Positions 20,870-31,066 of a stretch of DNA of 64,000 nucleotides are shown in pieces (the stretch's first letter is position 1; each line of letters begins with the position of its first letter). The stretch is from Bacillales bacterium UBA5348. Lineage in GTDB: Bacteria; Bacillota_I; Bacilli_A; RF39; UBA660. The notes beneath the pieces were generated by a model. The model was given only the letters and a program-made list of their open reading frames with translations. It made no database searches and was not told where the DNA came from. The DNA is taken from the NCBI GenBank assembly GCA_002411005.1, contig DHQC01000013.1, positions 68,586-132,585 on the forward strand. Direction: 5' to 3'. A program made the position numbers and the translations under genes.

Positions 20870-21737
20870 AAGAAGAGCTTTAGGTAAAGGCTTAGAACAA
20901 TTATTTAATGCTGAAAATCTCGATTTTAATCAACTGGAAACTAGCATTGTCGAAGGTGCTGCAGAAAATGAGATTACAAAGGTAAAATTAACTGAACTTA
21001 GAAGTAATCCATATCAACCACGAAAGGTGTTTGATGAGACCGCACTAAAAGAGTTATCTGATTCAATAAAAGAGAATGGTGTTTTTCAACCAATAATTGT
21101 TAAAAAAAGTATTAAGGGTTATGAAATTATTGCTGGAGAACGCCGTGTAAAAGCTAGTATTATGGCGGGTCTAGAAACAATCCCAGCTATAATAAGAGAT
21201 TTTACTGATGAAGAAATGATGCAAATTGCTCTACTTGAAAATCTTCAAAGAGAAGATTTAAATGCAATCGAGGAGGCTAATGCTTATAAGTCAATGATTG
21301 ATTCTCTTGGTATTACACAAGAAGAACTAAGTAAAAAGCTCGGAAAGAGTAGAAGTCATGTTACTAATATGCTTGGTTTACTTCGCTTATCAGATTATGT
21401 TCAAAGTTTAGTTTTACATGGTAAAATTTCAATGGGACATGCAAGAGTTTTAAGTAAATTATCTGATAATGAGAAAATAGAAAGTCTTGCTAATAGAATT
21501 ATAAGAGAAGATTTAAGTGTTAGAACATTAGAAACGTTAGTTTCTGATGAAGGAAAAGAAATTGAAAAGAAAAAGCCTAAAGCTAACAACAGACAATATT
21601 CTTATATAGAGGAAACTTTAAGGGAAAAATTAGGTACCAAAGTAACTGTTAATAATCATAAGGTTCAAATTTCTTTTGCAAATGATGAAGAGTTAGAACG
21701 TCTATTGAAAATATTAAATGTAAAAATAGAGGAGTGA
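20859..21737 (+). CDS. parB: chromosome partitioning protein ParB/Spo0J
   Basis: ParB N-terminal box (GERRVKAS), HTH; overlaps the parA stop. Confidence 0.9.
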   Translation: MENKRRALGKGLEQLFNAENLDFNQLETSIVEGAAENEITKVKLTELRSNPYQPRKVFDETALKELSDSIKENGVFQPIIVKKSIKGYEIIAGERRVKASIMAGLETIPAIIRDFTDEEMMQIALLENLQREDLNAIEEANAYKSMIDSLGITQEELSKKLGKSRSHVTNMLGLLRLSDYVQSLVLHGKISMGHARVLSKLSDNEKIESLANRIIREDLSVRTLETLVSDEGKEIEKKKPKANNRQYSYIEETLREKLGTKVTVNNHKVQISFANDEELERLLKILNVKIEE

Positions 21738-21742
21738 TTTAA

Positions 21743-22516
21743 TTGATAAATATTTTCGCCTTTTTAATAAGTAAAAAAATTATTTACACTATTCTTATTC
21801 TTGTTGTTGGGTATTTTCTGTATAAAATATTATCAAATGTTATTAATAAATCTTTTAATCTTAGAATGAGGTTAATGAAGGTTGATAATCGTCGTCAAAG
21901 AACAATAAATGCAATAATACACAATGTTTTAAAATATACTTTTGTTGTCATCGTGTTTTTTTCTTTATTGGGAGTGTTTGGTGTTAATGCCGGTGCTATC
22001 GTAGCAAGTATAGGTGTTATAGGTTTGGCTATAGGTTTAGTTGTTCAAGATATTTTGAAAGATATACTTGCTGGTACATTTATTCTTATTGAAAATCAAT
22101 ATGCTATAGGTGATATTGTTATGATTGGTAATTTTAAGGGTGAAGTAATATTTCTTGGTTTAAAATCAACTAAACTTAGAAGCGCAACTGGTGAAATTAA
22201 AATTCTGTCTAATCGTAATATTTCTGACATAACTAACTATAGTTTAAATAATTCGACATTATATATTGATGTTGATTTGGCTTATGACAATGATGATACC
22301 TTAGTGGATAAAACTTTATCATCTTTAGCAACTAAATTATCAAAAAAGATTAAAAATTGTAAAAGTGATTTCCAATACTTAGGTATTGAAAAGTTAGGTG
22401 ATAAAACGACTTACCGTTTTAGTGTTGAGGCTGATATTAAATACCAAGAGGATATAAGACGTGAAACTTTAAGTGAAATAAAAAAAGCTATAAATGGAAC
22501 TGATATTAGGAGATAA
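21743..22516 (+). CDS. small-conductance mechanosensitive channel (MscS family)
   Basis: 257 aa; TM helices then the MscS beta-domain pattern (IGDIVMIGNFKGEVIFLGLKSTKLRSATGEI). Confidence 0.7.
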   Translation: MINIFAFLISKKIIYTILILVVGYFLYKILSNVINKSFNLRMRLMKVDNRRQRTINAIIHNVLKYTFVVIVFFSLLGVFGVNAGAIVASIGVIGLAIGLVVQDILKDILAGTFILIENQYAIGDIVMIGNFKGEVIFLGLKSTKLRSATGEIKILSNRNISDITNYSLNNSTLYIDVDLAYDNDDTLVDKTLSSLATKLSKKIKNCKSDFQYLGIEKLGDKTTYRFSVEADIKYQEDIRRETLSEIKKAINGTDIRR

Positions 22517-22521
22517 TCGAA

Positions 22522-22707
22522 GTGAAAAAAGATTATAAACTCAACTCAATTGTTATGATGAAGAAACCACATCCTTGTAAAAGTAATACTTTTCAAATAA
22601 CTAGAATAGGGGTAGACATAAAGATAAAATGTTTAAATTGTGGTAGGAGTATCATGCTTGATAGGGTGGATTTTGATAAAAAAATCAAAAAAGTGATGGA
22701 GGAGTAG
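22522..22707 (+). CDS. DUF951 family small protein (YyzM-like)
   Basis: 61 aa; CLNCGR zinc-ribbon-like; conserved position after mscS/parB in Bacilli. Confidence 0.5.
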   Translation: MKKDYKLNSIVMMKKPHPCKSNTFQITRIGVDIKIKCLNCGRSIMLDRVDFDKKIKKVMEE

Positions 22708-22709
22708 TA

Positions 22710-24248
22710 ATGAATACACCAAAAAAGAAACGAATATTTAGCAATATAATAGTTTCGTTTTTATGTTTAATATTTCTTATTATGCTTATTAGTTTAATAG
22801 GTAATAGTATGGGATGGCAAGCAACGTTTACAAGAGTAAATTCTGTAACAGGAGCTCTAGAAACAAATATTGTTACTGTCTCTAACCTTTTTAGTGGAGA
22901 TGAAATCCGAAATATTTTAGGTAATGCTATAACAAATTTTATTTCGTTTGCCCCCTTAGGATTTCTCCTAATTGCAGCAATAGCAATAGGTGTTGCTTAT
23001 AAATCCGGTTTCTTACCAATTGCTTTTACAACCATGGGCCGTCGTCTAAGTAAATTTTGGATAACATTTATGTTTGTTTCTCTAGGAATAATAACTAGTT
23101 TTGCTGGTGATTTTGGATATGTTATGCTAATTCCTTTAGCAGGTATTTTTTACCTTGTTAACAACCGAAACCCTTTAGCAGGTATTCTAGCAACGTTTGT
23201 TGCGGTATCAGCCGGGCAAGGTATTAGTTTTTTACTTTCTAGTTTGGATTATGGTTTAGCTCCATATACTGAGTTAGCGGCTCAATTGACAGATAAGAGT
23301 TTTAAGATGGGTGCGTATAGCAATATTTTCTTTACTATAGTTGGAACTATTTCTTTGGCATTTATGATAACCTATATAACAGAGAAAATTATTATTCCAA
23401 GAATTCCTAAATATAAAAGGGATGAGGAAATTATAGAGGAACTGGTCATTGGTCGTAAAGAAAAACGTGGTCTTGTAGTATCAGTTCTCGGATCGCTAAT
23501 AGTTTTTATTACATTTATATATATGCTTATACCAGGATTACCCGGCTCAGGTTTATTACTTGATAATACAGGAAAAGTATATAGCGCAATGTTGTATGGC
23601 TCAGGTTCTTATTTTAGCCAATCTATTGTTTATCTTTTATCGATAGTTTTATTAGTAGCTGGTTCATTGTATGGCTTTGCAGCTAAGACAATTAAAGTAA
23701 AAGAACAATTTAGTAGAGTTTTATATGATTCGCTTAATAACATGAGTAGTTTTATAGTTTTAATTTTCTTTGCATCTCAATTAATTGCTATATTTAAACG
23801 AAGTAATTTAGGAACAGTTATAACTGCTTGGCTTGTAGAACTCGTTCAGACACTTAATTTTACTTCCATACCGCTTATTCTATTAGTATTTGTATTTTTG
23901 GTTATTGCCAATCTTTTCTTACAAGCATCTGTTACTAAATGGACCATTGTAAGTCCTATTGTAATTCCTTTGTTTATGAATGCTAATATGACACCAGAAT
24001 TTGCACAAGCGGTATTTAGAGTTAGTGAAGGTGCTGCTAATATTATGACACCGCTTTCGGTATACTTTATAATTTTTGTAGGTTTTTTAGAAATGTATAA
24101 CAAAGGTGAAACGAGAATTTCGTTAGGTGATTGTTACAAAATGCTTTGGCCGTATAGTGTTGCTATAGCATTATTATGGATGTTTATTCTAATTACTTGG
24201 TATATTATAGGTTTACCAATTGGATTTGGAGTATATCCAACTGTTTAG
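22710..24248 (+). CDS. AbgT-family (p-aminobenzoyl-glutamate transporter-like) membrane transporter
   Basis: 512 aa polytopic; NFISFAPLGFLL and the C-terminal WYIIGLPIGFGVYP closely match AbgT conserved ends. Confidence 0.75.
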   Translation: MNTPKKKRIFSNIIVSFLCLIFLIMLISLIGNSMGWQATFTRVNSVTGALETNIVTVSNLFSGDEIRNILGNAITNFISFAPLGFLLIAAIAIGVAYKSGFLPIAFTTMGRRLSKFWITFMFVSLGIITSFAGDFGYVMLIPLAGIFYLVNNRNPLAGILATFVAVSAGQGISFLLSSLDYGLAPYTELAAQLTDKSFKMGAYSNIFFTIVGTISLAFMITYITEKIIIPRIPKYKRDEEIIEELVIGRKEKRGLVVSVLGSLIVFITFIYMLIPGLPGSGLLLDNTGKVYSAMLYGSGSYFSQSIVYLLSIVLLVAGSLYGFAAKTIKVKEQFSRVLYDSLNNMSSFIVLIFFASQLIAIFKRSNLGTVITAWLVELVQTLNFTSIPLILLVFVFLVIANLFLQASVTKWTIVSPIVIPLFMNANMTPEFAQAVFRVSEGAANIMTPLSVYFIIFVGFLEMYNKGETRISLGDCYKMLWPYSVAIALLWMFILITWYIIGLPIGFGVYPTV

Positions 24249-24259
24249 GAGGGTTTATT

Positions 24260-25357
24260 ATGTCATTAACGGCTGGTATTGTGGGATTACCTAATGTAGG
24301 AAAATCAACATTATTTAATGCAATAACAAAGAAAAATATTTTAGCAGCTAATTATCCTTTTGCTACAATTGATCCAAATGTAGGAATTGTATTTGTACCA
24401 GATAATAGGCTTAGTATTTTAGAGAATATATATACTCCAGAAGATGTAATTTCTACATCTTTTGAGTTTAGAGATATTGCTGGTCTTGTGAAGGGAGCTT
24501 CATTAGGAGAGGGACTTGGAAACAAGTTTTTATCACATATTAGGGAAGTTGACGCTATATGTGAAGTAGTAAGATGCTTTGAGGATGAAGAAATTATCCA
24601 TGTTGAAAATTCGGTGGATCCAAAAAGAGATATTGAAATTATTAACTTAGAGCTTGTCCTTGCTGATTTAGAGGTTATTGAAAATAGAATTGGTAGAATT
24701 GAAAAAAAAGCACTTACAACAAAAGACAAGGACTCTTTAGCTGAACTTTCTGTTCTTAATAAAATTAAAGATGCTTTACTGAATGATATTCCTGCTAGAA
24801 AATTGGAATATACTGAGGATGAAGAACTTATTATCAAATCTTTTCATCTTTTGACGATGAAACCTATTATTTACTTAGCTAATATAAGAGAAAGTGATAT
24901 TGGTAAAGCGAATAAGTATGTTGATATAGTTAAGGATTATGCTAAAAAAGAAAATAGCGAAGTAATAGAGATGTGTGCTAAAATTGAATCTGAGTTAAGT
25001 GAATTAAATGATGATGATAAAGATTTGTTTTTAGAAGAGTTAGGTATTAATGAAAGTGGATTAGATCGATTAATCAGAGCTACCTATCATTTGTTAGGTT
25101 TAGCTACATTTTTTACTTGTGGTCCTAAGGAAGTTAAGGCTTGGACATTTGAAAAAGGAACAAAGGCTCCTGGATGCGCAGGTATTATTCATACTGACTT
25201 TGAACGTGGCTTTATTAGAGCAGAAGTTATAGGCTATGATGATTTAATAGCTTGTGGTAGTGAAAAAGAGGTTCGTGAAAAAGGAAAGATGAGACTTGAG
25301 GGAAAAGAATATATAATGCATGATGGCGATATCTGTCATTTTAGATTCAATGTTTAA
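24260..25357 (+). CDS. ychF: ribosome-binding ATPase YchF (Obg family)
   Basis: GIVGLPNVGKSTLFNAIT G1, DIAGLVKGAS G3, C-terminal TGS domain; start at MSLTAG after GGAGGG (track ORF begins upstream within the abgT end). Confidence 0.9.
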   Translation: MSLTAGIVGLPNVGKSTLFNAITKKNILAANYPFATIDPNVGIVFVPDNRLSILENIYTPEDVISTSFEFRDIAGLVKGASLGEGLGNKFLSHIREVDAICEVVRCFEDEEIIHVENSVDPKRDIEIINLELVLADLEVIENRIGRIEKKALTTKDKDSLAELSVLNKIKDALLNDIPARKLEYTEDEELIIKSFHLLTMKPIIYLANIRESDIGKANKYVDIVKDYAKKENSEVIEMCAKIESELSELNDDDKDLFLEELGINESGLDRLIRATYHLLGLATFFTCGPKEVKAWTFEKGTKAPGCAGIIHTDFERGFIRAEVIGYDDLIACGSEKEVREKGKMRLEGKEYIMHDGDICHFRFNV

Positions 25358-25379
25358 TTAATATTAATTAGGAGGAAAA

Positions 25380-26192
25380 ATGATGGAAATTTTTGAAATA
25401 ATAAAGGCGTTTATTCTTGGTGTCGTTCAAGGTATAACAGAATGGCTACCTATAAGTAGTACTGGTCATTTAATAATTATAGAAGATATTTTTAAATTTA
25501 ATTTGTCAGATTCTTTTGTTAATACTTTTTTTGTACTTATTCAGTTAGGCTCTATAATTGCAGTAGTTGTTCTATTTTTCAAAAAATTAAATCCTTTTAA
25601 GAGAGAAGAGAAAGAACGCAACGATACTATAAATTTGTGGTTAAAAATAGCTGTTGCAACAATCCCGGCCGGAATAGCTGGTTTCTTGTTTGAAGAGCAA
25701 ATAGATACGTTATTATATAATTCTGTAACTGTTGCAATAATGTTGATTTTTTATGGTGTTATTTTCATTCTTTTGGAGAGCAAAAACAAAAAGCCGCTAA
25801 CAACAGAGTTGCCTCAAATATCATTTAAATTGGCCTTAGGTATTGGATTATTTCAAATGCTAGCTTTAGTACCTGGAACTTCTAGATCGGGTGCTACTAT
25901 AATTGGCGCAGTATTTTTAGGTACATCACGTTACATTGCTTCGGAGTTTTCATTCTTTTTAGCTATACCAACAATGTTAGGAGCTAGTTTTTATAAGCTT
26001 ATGAAATCTGGATTTGTTTTTAGTTCACTAGAAATAATGGTTTTAGTTGTCGGTTCTATTACTGCTTTTGTAGTTTCACTTTGGGCTATAAAGTTTCTTC
26101 TAGATTATATTAAAAATCATGATTTTAAAGTATTTGGTTATTACAGAATAATTCTTGGTTTATTGGTATTATTTTTCTACTTTTTTATATAA
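25380..26192 (+). CDS. uppP: undecaprenyl-diphosphate phosphatase
   Basis: 270 aa; GITEWLPISSTGHL and PGTSRSGATI BacA motifs. Confidence 0.9.
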   Translation: MMEIFEIIKAFILGVVQGITEWLPISSTGHLIIIEDIFKFNLSDSFVNTFFVLIQLGSIIAVVVLFFKKLNPFKREEKERNDTINLWLKIAVATIPAGIAGFLFEEQIDTLLYNSVTVAIMLIFYGVIFILLESKNKKPLTTELPQISFKLALGIGLFQMLALVPGTSRSGATIIGAVFLGTSRYIASEFSFFLAIPTMLGASFYKLMKSGFVFSSLEIMVLVVGSITAFVVSLWAIKFLLDYIKNHDFKVFGYYRIILGLLVLFFYFFI

Positions 26193-26212
26193 ATTTAAAG
26201 GAGGATATTTAA

Positions 26213-26434
26213 ATGAATGAATTTAAAGTATGCGACATATGCGAGGCAGTTGATAGTGAATCAATGATTAAGAGGCTTAAAGAAATAGACCCTGAAGCAG
26301 AAATAGTTGTTGGTTGTACTGGTTTCTGTGGAATTGGTGCTACGAAGCCTTTTGTAATTGTTAATGGTATTCCTGCTATTGCAGTAACAGAAGATGAGGT
26401 TATTAATAAAGTGAAGGAGATACTTAATAATTAG
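26213..26434 (+). CDS. DUF1450 family small protein
   Basis: 73 aa; CDIC...GCTGFCG cysteine pattern. Confidence 0.5.
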   Translation: MNEFKVCDICEAVDSESMIKRLKEIDPEAEIVVGCTGFCGIGATKPFVIVNGIPAIAVTEDEVINKVKEILNN

Positions 26435-26536
26435 TATCTCCTTTGCTTTACATACTTTCTAAAAAAGGACTTAATTATTATGACTTTTATGGCAAAACAT
26501 AGTATATTGTATAGTGTATGAGAGAGGTGATTTGTT

Positions 26537-27538
26537 ATGGAATTGATGAAAGATTTATGGCTTAGGGTTACTCAACAAAAAAAGACAATCGTTCTTCCTG
26601 AAGGGGAAGAAGAAAGAACAATAGAAGCTGCAGCCATCATTTTAAAAAATAATTTGGCATCAATTATTCTTATAGGTGATGAAGAGATTATTAGGGATAA
26701 GGCTTTAAAATTAGATGTTAATATAGATAAAAGCACTATAATTAATCCTTTAATTTCTGATAAAAGGAATTTTTATGCGGAGAAACTATATGAATTAAGA
26801 AAAGCAAAAGGAATGACAATAGAAATTGCGAAAAAACTAGTTTTGAATAATATTTATTTTGGTGTAATGATGTTGAAATTAGGAGATGCTGACGGCTTGG
26901 TAGCAGGTGCAGTTAATTCCACTAGTGATTTGCTTAGAGCAGGATTACAAATAATAAAAACAGCTCCAGGCACCTCGCTTGTTTCAAGTTATTTTTTAAT
27001 GATAGTACCAAATTGTAAATATGGGAGCGAAGGTGTATTTTTATTTGCAGACTGTGGGTTAATTATAAATCCTAATGCTTCTGAACTTGCTTTAATTTCA
27101 TTACAAACAGCAGAAACTGCCAGAAAATTATTTAATTTAGATCCTAAAATAGCGCTTTTATCTTTTTTAACAAAAGGAAGCGCTGAGCACGAATTGATAA
27201 ATAAGGTGAGAGAGGCATTAAGTATTGCTAAAACTGTCGCTCCCTCTTTAAAAATTGATGGGGAGTTACAATTAGATGCTGCTATTGTTCCTAGTATTGC
27301 TAATAAAAAAGCACCTAACAGTAAAGTTGCAGGTGACGCTAATATATTAATATTTCCCGATTTAAATTCTGGCAATATTGGATATAAATTAGTTGAAAGA
27401 CTAGCTAAAGCGCAAGCAATCGGGCCATTATGTCAAGGATTTTCTAAGCCTATTAACGATCTTTCAAGAGGTTGTTCGGTTGACGATATTGTTAAGTCAG
27501 TTGTTATAACTGCAATACAAGCACAGACTGATAATTAG
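26537..27538 (+). CDS. pta: phosphate acetyltransferase (or phosphate butyryltransferase)
   Basis: 333 aa; PTA_PTB family pattern (TIVLPEGEEERTI, ADCGLIINP, SRGCSVDDI). Confidence 0.8.
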   Translation: MELMKDLWLRVTQQKKTIVLPEGEEERTIEAAAIILKNNLASIILIGDEEIIRDKALKLDVNIDKSTIINPLISDKRNFYAEKLYELRKAKGMTIEIAKKLVLNNIYFGVMMLKLGDADGLVAGAVNSTSDLLRAGLQIIKTAPGTSLVSSYFLMIVPNCKYGSEGVFLFADCGLIINPNASELALISLQTAETARKLFNLDPKIALLSFLTKGSAEHELINKVREALSIAKTVAPSLKIDGELQLDAAIVPSIANKKAPNSKVAGDANILIFPDLNSGNIGYKLVERLAKAQAIGPLCQGFSKPINDLSRGCSVDDIVKSVVITAIQAQTDN

Positions 27539-27601
27539 TGGTTTTAAAATTGACTATGACACCTTATTATGCTATTATTTTAGTTAGAATTAGGTGAGAT
27601 T

Positions 27602-28588
27602 ATGCAGTTTAAAATAGGAAATTTAGTCATTGATAATCAGGTCTGTTTGGCACCTATGGCCGGTATTTCTAATAGTGCTTTTAGACGTATTGTAAAAGAA
27701 ATGGGTTGTGGTTTAGTTTTTGCTGAAATGGTTAGTGATAAAGCCGTTATTTATGATAATGTAAAAACAAAAAAGATGTTATATTTTACCAAATCAGAAA
27801 GACCAATAGCCCAACAAATATTTGGAAGTGACAAAGAGTCATTTGCATCAGCTGCCAAAATAATTTATCAAGAAATGAAGCCGGATATAATAGATATAAA
27901 TATGGGGTGTCCTGTACCTAAAGTAGCGTTAAGGGCTCAAGCTGGAGCAGCACTTTTGAAAAATCCTAATAAAATATATGATATTGTTAAGGCGGTTAGA
28001 GAGGTAGTTCCGTGCCCAGTTACTATTAAAATTCGTAGTGGTTGGGACGCTAATAGCATAAATGCTGTTGAAGTGGCTCAGGTTTGCGAAAAAGCGGGCG
28101 CTAGTGCTATTACTGTTCATGCGAGAACTCGTGCTCAAGGATATAGTGGTTTAGCTGATTGGAAGGTCATAAAAGGCGTTAAAGAGGCTGTTTCTATTCC
28201 GGTAATTGGTAATGGCGATATAAAAAGTCCCCAGGATGCTAAAAGAATGATTGAAGAAACTGGGTGCGATGCTATTATGATTGGCCGTGGAGTTTTGGGT
28301 AATCCTTGGCTTATAAAAAATGCCGTTAAGATTTTAAACAATGATTCTTTTGAAGAAAAGGTTGATAATAAAACCAAAATTTCTATGGCAATAAAACATT
28401 TAGATTATTTAGCAGAGACAAAAACAGATAAGCAAGCTGTGTTAGAAATGAGAGGCCATATTGCTTGGTATTTAAAAGGTATCCAACACAGTAACGAGAT
28501 TAAGGAACAAGTTTATATGACAACTAGTCTTGAGAATCTTAGAAAATTGTTATATAACTATTTAGAGGAGATGAATTATAATGAGTAA
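27602..28588 (+). CDS. dusB: tRNA dihydrouridine synthase
   Basis: LAPMAGISNSAFRRI, NMGCPVPKV Dus motifs; 328 aa. Confidence 0.85.
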   Translation: MQFKIGNLVIDNQVCLAPMAGISNSAFRRIVKEMGCGLVFAEMVSDKAVIYDNVKTKKMLYFTKSERPIAQQIFGSDKESFASAAKIIYQEMKPDIIDINMGCPVPKVALRAQAGAALLKNPNKIYDIVKAVREVVPCPVTIKIRSGWDANSINAVEVAQVCEKAGASAITVHARTRAQGYSGLADWKVIKGVKEAVSIPVIGNGDIKSPQDAKRMIEETGCDAIMIGRGVLGNPWLIKNAVKILNNDSFEEKVDNKTKISMAIKHLDYLAETKTDKQAVLEMRGHIAWYLKGIQHSNEIKEQVYMTTSLENLRKLLYNYLEEMNYNE

Positions 28589-29030
28589 AATATTATTAAA
28601 ATTAAGTAGTATAGTAGCTTTTGTTACAGCAGGAATTTATTTATTTATTTTTGTTGTTGTTCATTTAGCTATACCATATAATTATATATCAAATAACTTC
28701 TATGATTATAAATGTATATTAATTATAGGAGCATTATCATTAGTAATTGCTTTTGGAGGTATCCTATTTAATCATTATAAGGAGTTGCCTTATAATAAAA
28801 TTATAAAAAAGAAAAATTATATTCTGGCATGGTCAATTTTTCTAACGATAGTAACTGGCTTACCTGGAATTTTAGGACTTGCAGCTTATGTTGGTTTGAC
28901 AGAAGAGAAACCAGGTGATGGCAAAGTTATTTATATTGAAGAGATAAAGAAATTGGATGAATTAAGAAAAGAAGGCTTAATAACGGAAGAAGAGTTTGCA
29001 CTTAAGAAGAAAAAGATATTAGATCTTTAA
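28581..29030 (+). CDS. membrane protein with C-terminal SHOCT domain
   Basis: 149 aa; 3-4 TM then KKLDELRKEGLITEEEFALKKKKIL (SHOCT). Confidence 0.6.
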   Translation: MSKILLKLSSIVAFVTAGIYLFIFVVVHLAIPYNYISNNFYDYKCILIIGALSLVIAFGGILFNHYKELPYNKIIKKKNYILAWSIFLTIVTGLPGILGLAAYVGLTEEKPGDGKVIYIEEIKKLDELRKEGLITEEEFALKKKKILDL

Positions 29031-29053
29031 TTATAAAAATAAAGATTTACTGT

Positions 29054-29452
29054 ATGATAAATAAGGAGGTTAAAATGGAAAAGAGTTTATTAAAAATATC
29101 AGGGATAATTGCTATTGTTTTAGGAATATTTATGTGTATTACGATTTTTTTAGCAATTGTTGGAATCTTTCTTATTATTGGTGGTTCTACTATGATGGGG
29201 TACACAAAATTGTCAGATAAAGAGATTGTAAATAAGAAAAACTCAATTTTAGGTTGGTCAATTTTCTTTTTATTCTTTTCATTTATATCTGGGGTATTAG
29301 GTTTGATATTTTATTTTACAATGGATAATAATGTTTTTCAAAAGAAAACGGATTATGTTACGGAAATTAAGAAGCTTGATGAAATTAGAAAACAAGGCCT
29401 TATTAGTGAGGAAGAGTATACAGCTAAAAAGAAAAAAATCCTTGATATATAA
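29054..29452 (+). CDS. membrane protein with C-terminal SHOCT domain (tandem paralog)
   Basis: 132 aa; same architecture, KKLDEIRKQGLISEEEYTAKKKKIL. Confidence 0.6.
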   Translation: MINKEVKMEKSLLKISGIIAIVLGIFMCITIFLAIVGIFLIIGGSTMMGYTKLSDKEIVNKKNSILGWSIFFLFFSFISGVLGLIFYFTMDNNVFQKKTDYVTEIKKLDEIRKQGLISEEEYTAKKKKILDI

Positions 29453-29563
29453 ATATTAAAAAGCGATCATGACATTGAGTTATTGATTGCTTTTTTAATT
29501 CATAAAGGTCTTTTTCTCTTTACTTTACAAGGAATATGTTATAAAATTAAATTAGGTGATAGA

Positions 29564-31066
29564 ATGAGGGAATTGACAGAACAAGAAATTGTAAGAAGAA
29601 ACAAATTAGTTGAATTAAGAAACCATGGTGTTGATCCTTTTGGAGAAGCTTACAAAGTGACTTCTAATTCTAAAGAAATAAAGGATTTATATGACTCTTA
29701 TACTATTAAGGAATTAGAAGAGAAAAATATTGAAGTCTCTGTTGCGGGTCGAATTATGACTAAGAGAGGCAAGGGTAAGGCCGGCTTTATGAATCTTCAA
29801 GATAAATTCGGTCAAATTCAGATATATGTCAAATTAGATAATGTTGGTGAGGATAAATATCAGATATTTGATAAGGGAGACTTGGGCGATATTGTTGGTA
29901 TTAAAGGTAAAGTATTTAGAACACATATGGGAGAACTTAGTGTTAAAGCTCTTGAGTACACTCATTTATCTAAAGCTTTAAGACCCCTTCCAGATAAATT
30001 TCATGGTTTGGTTGATGTTGAGGAACGTTTTAGAAGACGTTATGTTGATTTAATTATGAATGAAGATTCTAGAAGAATAGCTTTTATGAGACCTAGAATT
30101 ATTAGGGAAATTCAAAATTATTTGGATAGTCAAGGTTATGTTGAAGTAGAAACCCCAATTTTGGGTAGAATCTTAGGCGGTGCAGCTGCAAGACCTTTTG
30201 TTACCCATCATAATGCACTTGATTTAGATATGTATTTACGTATTGCTACTGAATTACCATTAAAAAGACTTATAGTTGGTGGTATGGATGCAGTTTATGA
30301 AATTGGTCGTATCTTTAGAAATGAAGGTATGGACCGTAAACACAATCCTGAATTTACTACTATTGAGCTTTACAAAGCTTATAGTAATATGGAAGGGATG
30401 ATGGAAATTACCGAAAATATATTTAAGAATGTAATCTTTAATGTGTTAGGAACCTACGAAGTTGAGTGGAAAGAGCATACACTTGATTTTAGTAAGCCGT
30501 TCCCAAGAATACATATGGTTGATGCTATCAAGAAAGAATGTGGGGTTGATTTCTTTGAAGAAATGAGCCTAGATGAGGCAAAAAAACTTGCTAAAGAGCA
30601 TAGAGTTGAAATAGAACCACATTTTAGTATTGGCCACATAATTAACTCATTCTTTGAAAAATATGTTGAGGAAACATTAGTGGACCCTGTATTTATATAT
30701 GGGCACCCCCTTGAAATAAGCCCATTAGCCAAAAAAAGCAAAGATGAGCGCTTTACCGAACGTTTTGAAATGTTTATTTGTGGTGATGAATATGCCAATG
30801 CTTTTACTGAATTAAATGATCCTATCGATCAACGAGAAAGATTTGAGGCACAATTAGAAGAGCGTGACCTTGGAAATGAAGAAGCTAATGATATGGATGA
30901 GGATTTTGTTGAAGCATTAGAATATGGTATGCCACCGGCTGGGGGACTAGGAATTGGGATTGACAGAATGATCATGTTAATAACAGGTGCACAAACGATT
31001 AGAGAGGTAATTTTATTTCCTCATATGAAAGATAAGAAAAAAGGAGTGGATTCTGATGAAGAATAA
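29564..31066 (+). CDS. lysS: lysine--tRNA ligase (class II)
   Basis: OB anticodon-binding domain then class II motifs (FRNEG, GGLGIGIDR); start MRELTEQE after AGGTGA (track ORF starts upstream at an alternative codon). Confidence 0.9.
   Translation: MRELTEQEIVRRNKLVELRNHGVDPFGEAYKVTSNSKEIKDLYDSYTIKELEEKNIEVSVAGRIMTKRGKGKAGFMNLQDKFGQIQIYVKLDNVGEDKYQIFDKGDLGDIVGIKGKVFRTHMGELSVKALEYTHLSKALRPLPDKFHGLVDVEERFRRRYVDLIMNEDSRRIAFMRPRIIREIQNYLDSQGYVEVETPILGRILGGAAARPFVTHHNALDLDMYLRIATELPLKRLIVGGMDAVYEIGRIFRNEGMDRKHNPEFTTIELYKAYSNMEGMMEITENIFKNVIFNVLGTYEVEWKEHTLDFSKPFPRIHMVDAIKKECGVDFFEEMSLDEAKKLAKEHRVEIEPHFSIGHIINSFFEKYVEETLVDPVFIYGHPLEISPLAKKSKDERFTERFEMFICGDEYANAFTELNDPIDQRERFEAQLEERDLGNEEANDMDEDFVEALEYGMPPAGGLGIGIDRMIMLITGAQTIREVILFPHMKDKKKGVDSDEE

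Noticed and set aside
24352-24837. 161-aa - strand ORF
   Set aside because: Antisense within ychF; Ser-rich low-complexity translation; no RBS.
26989-27375. 128-aa - strand ORF
   Set aside because: Antisense within pta; no support.
29453-29563. Possible T-box or L-box leader upstream of lysS
   Set aside because: Only ~110 nt are available and no T-box (AATTAGGGTGGNACCGCG-like) sequence or lysine-riboswitch features were visible.
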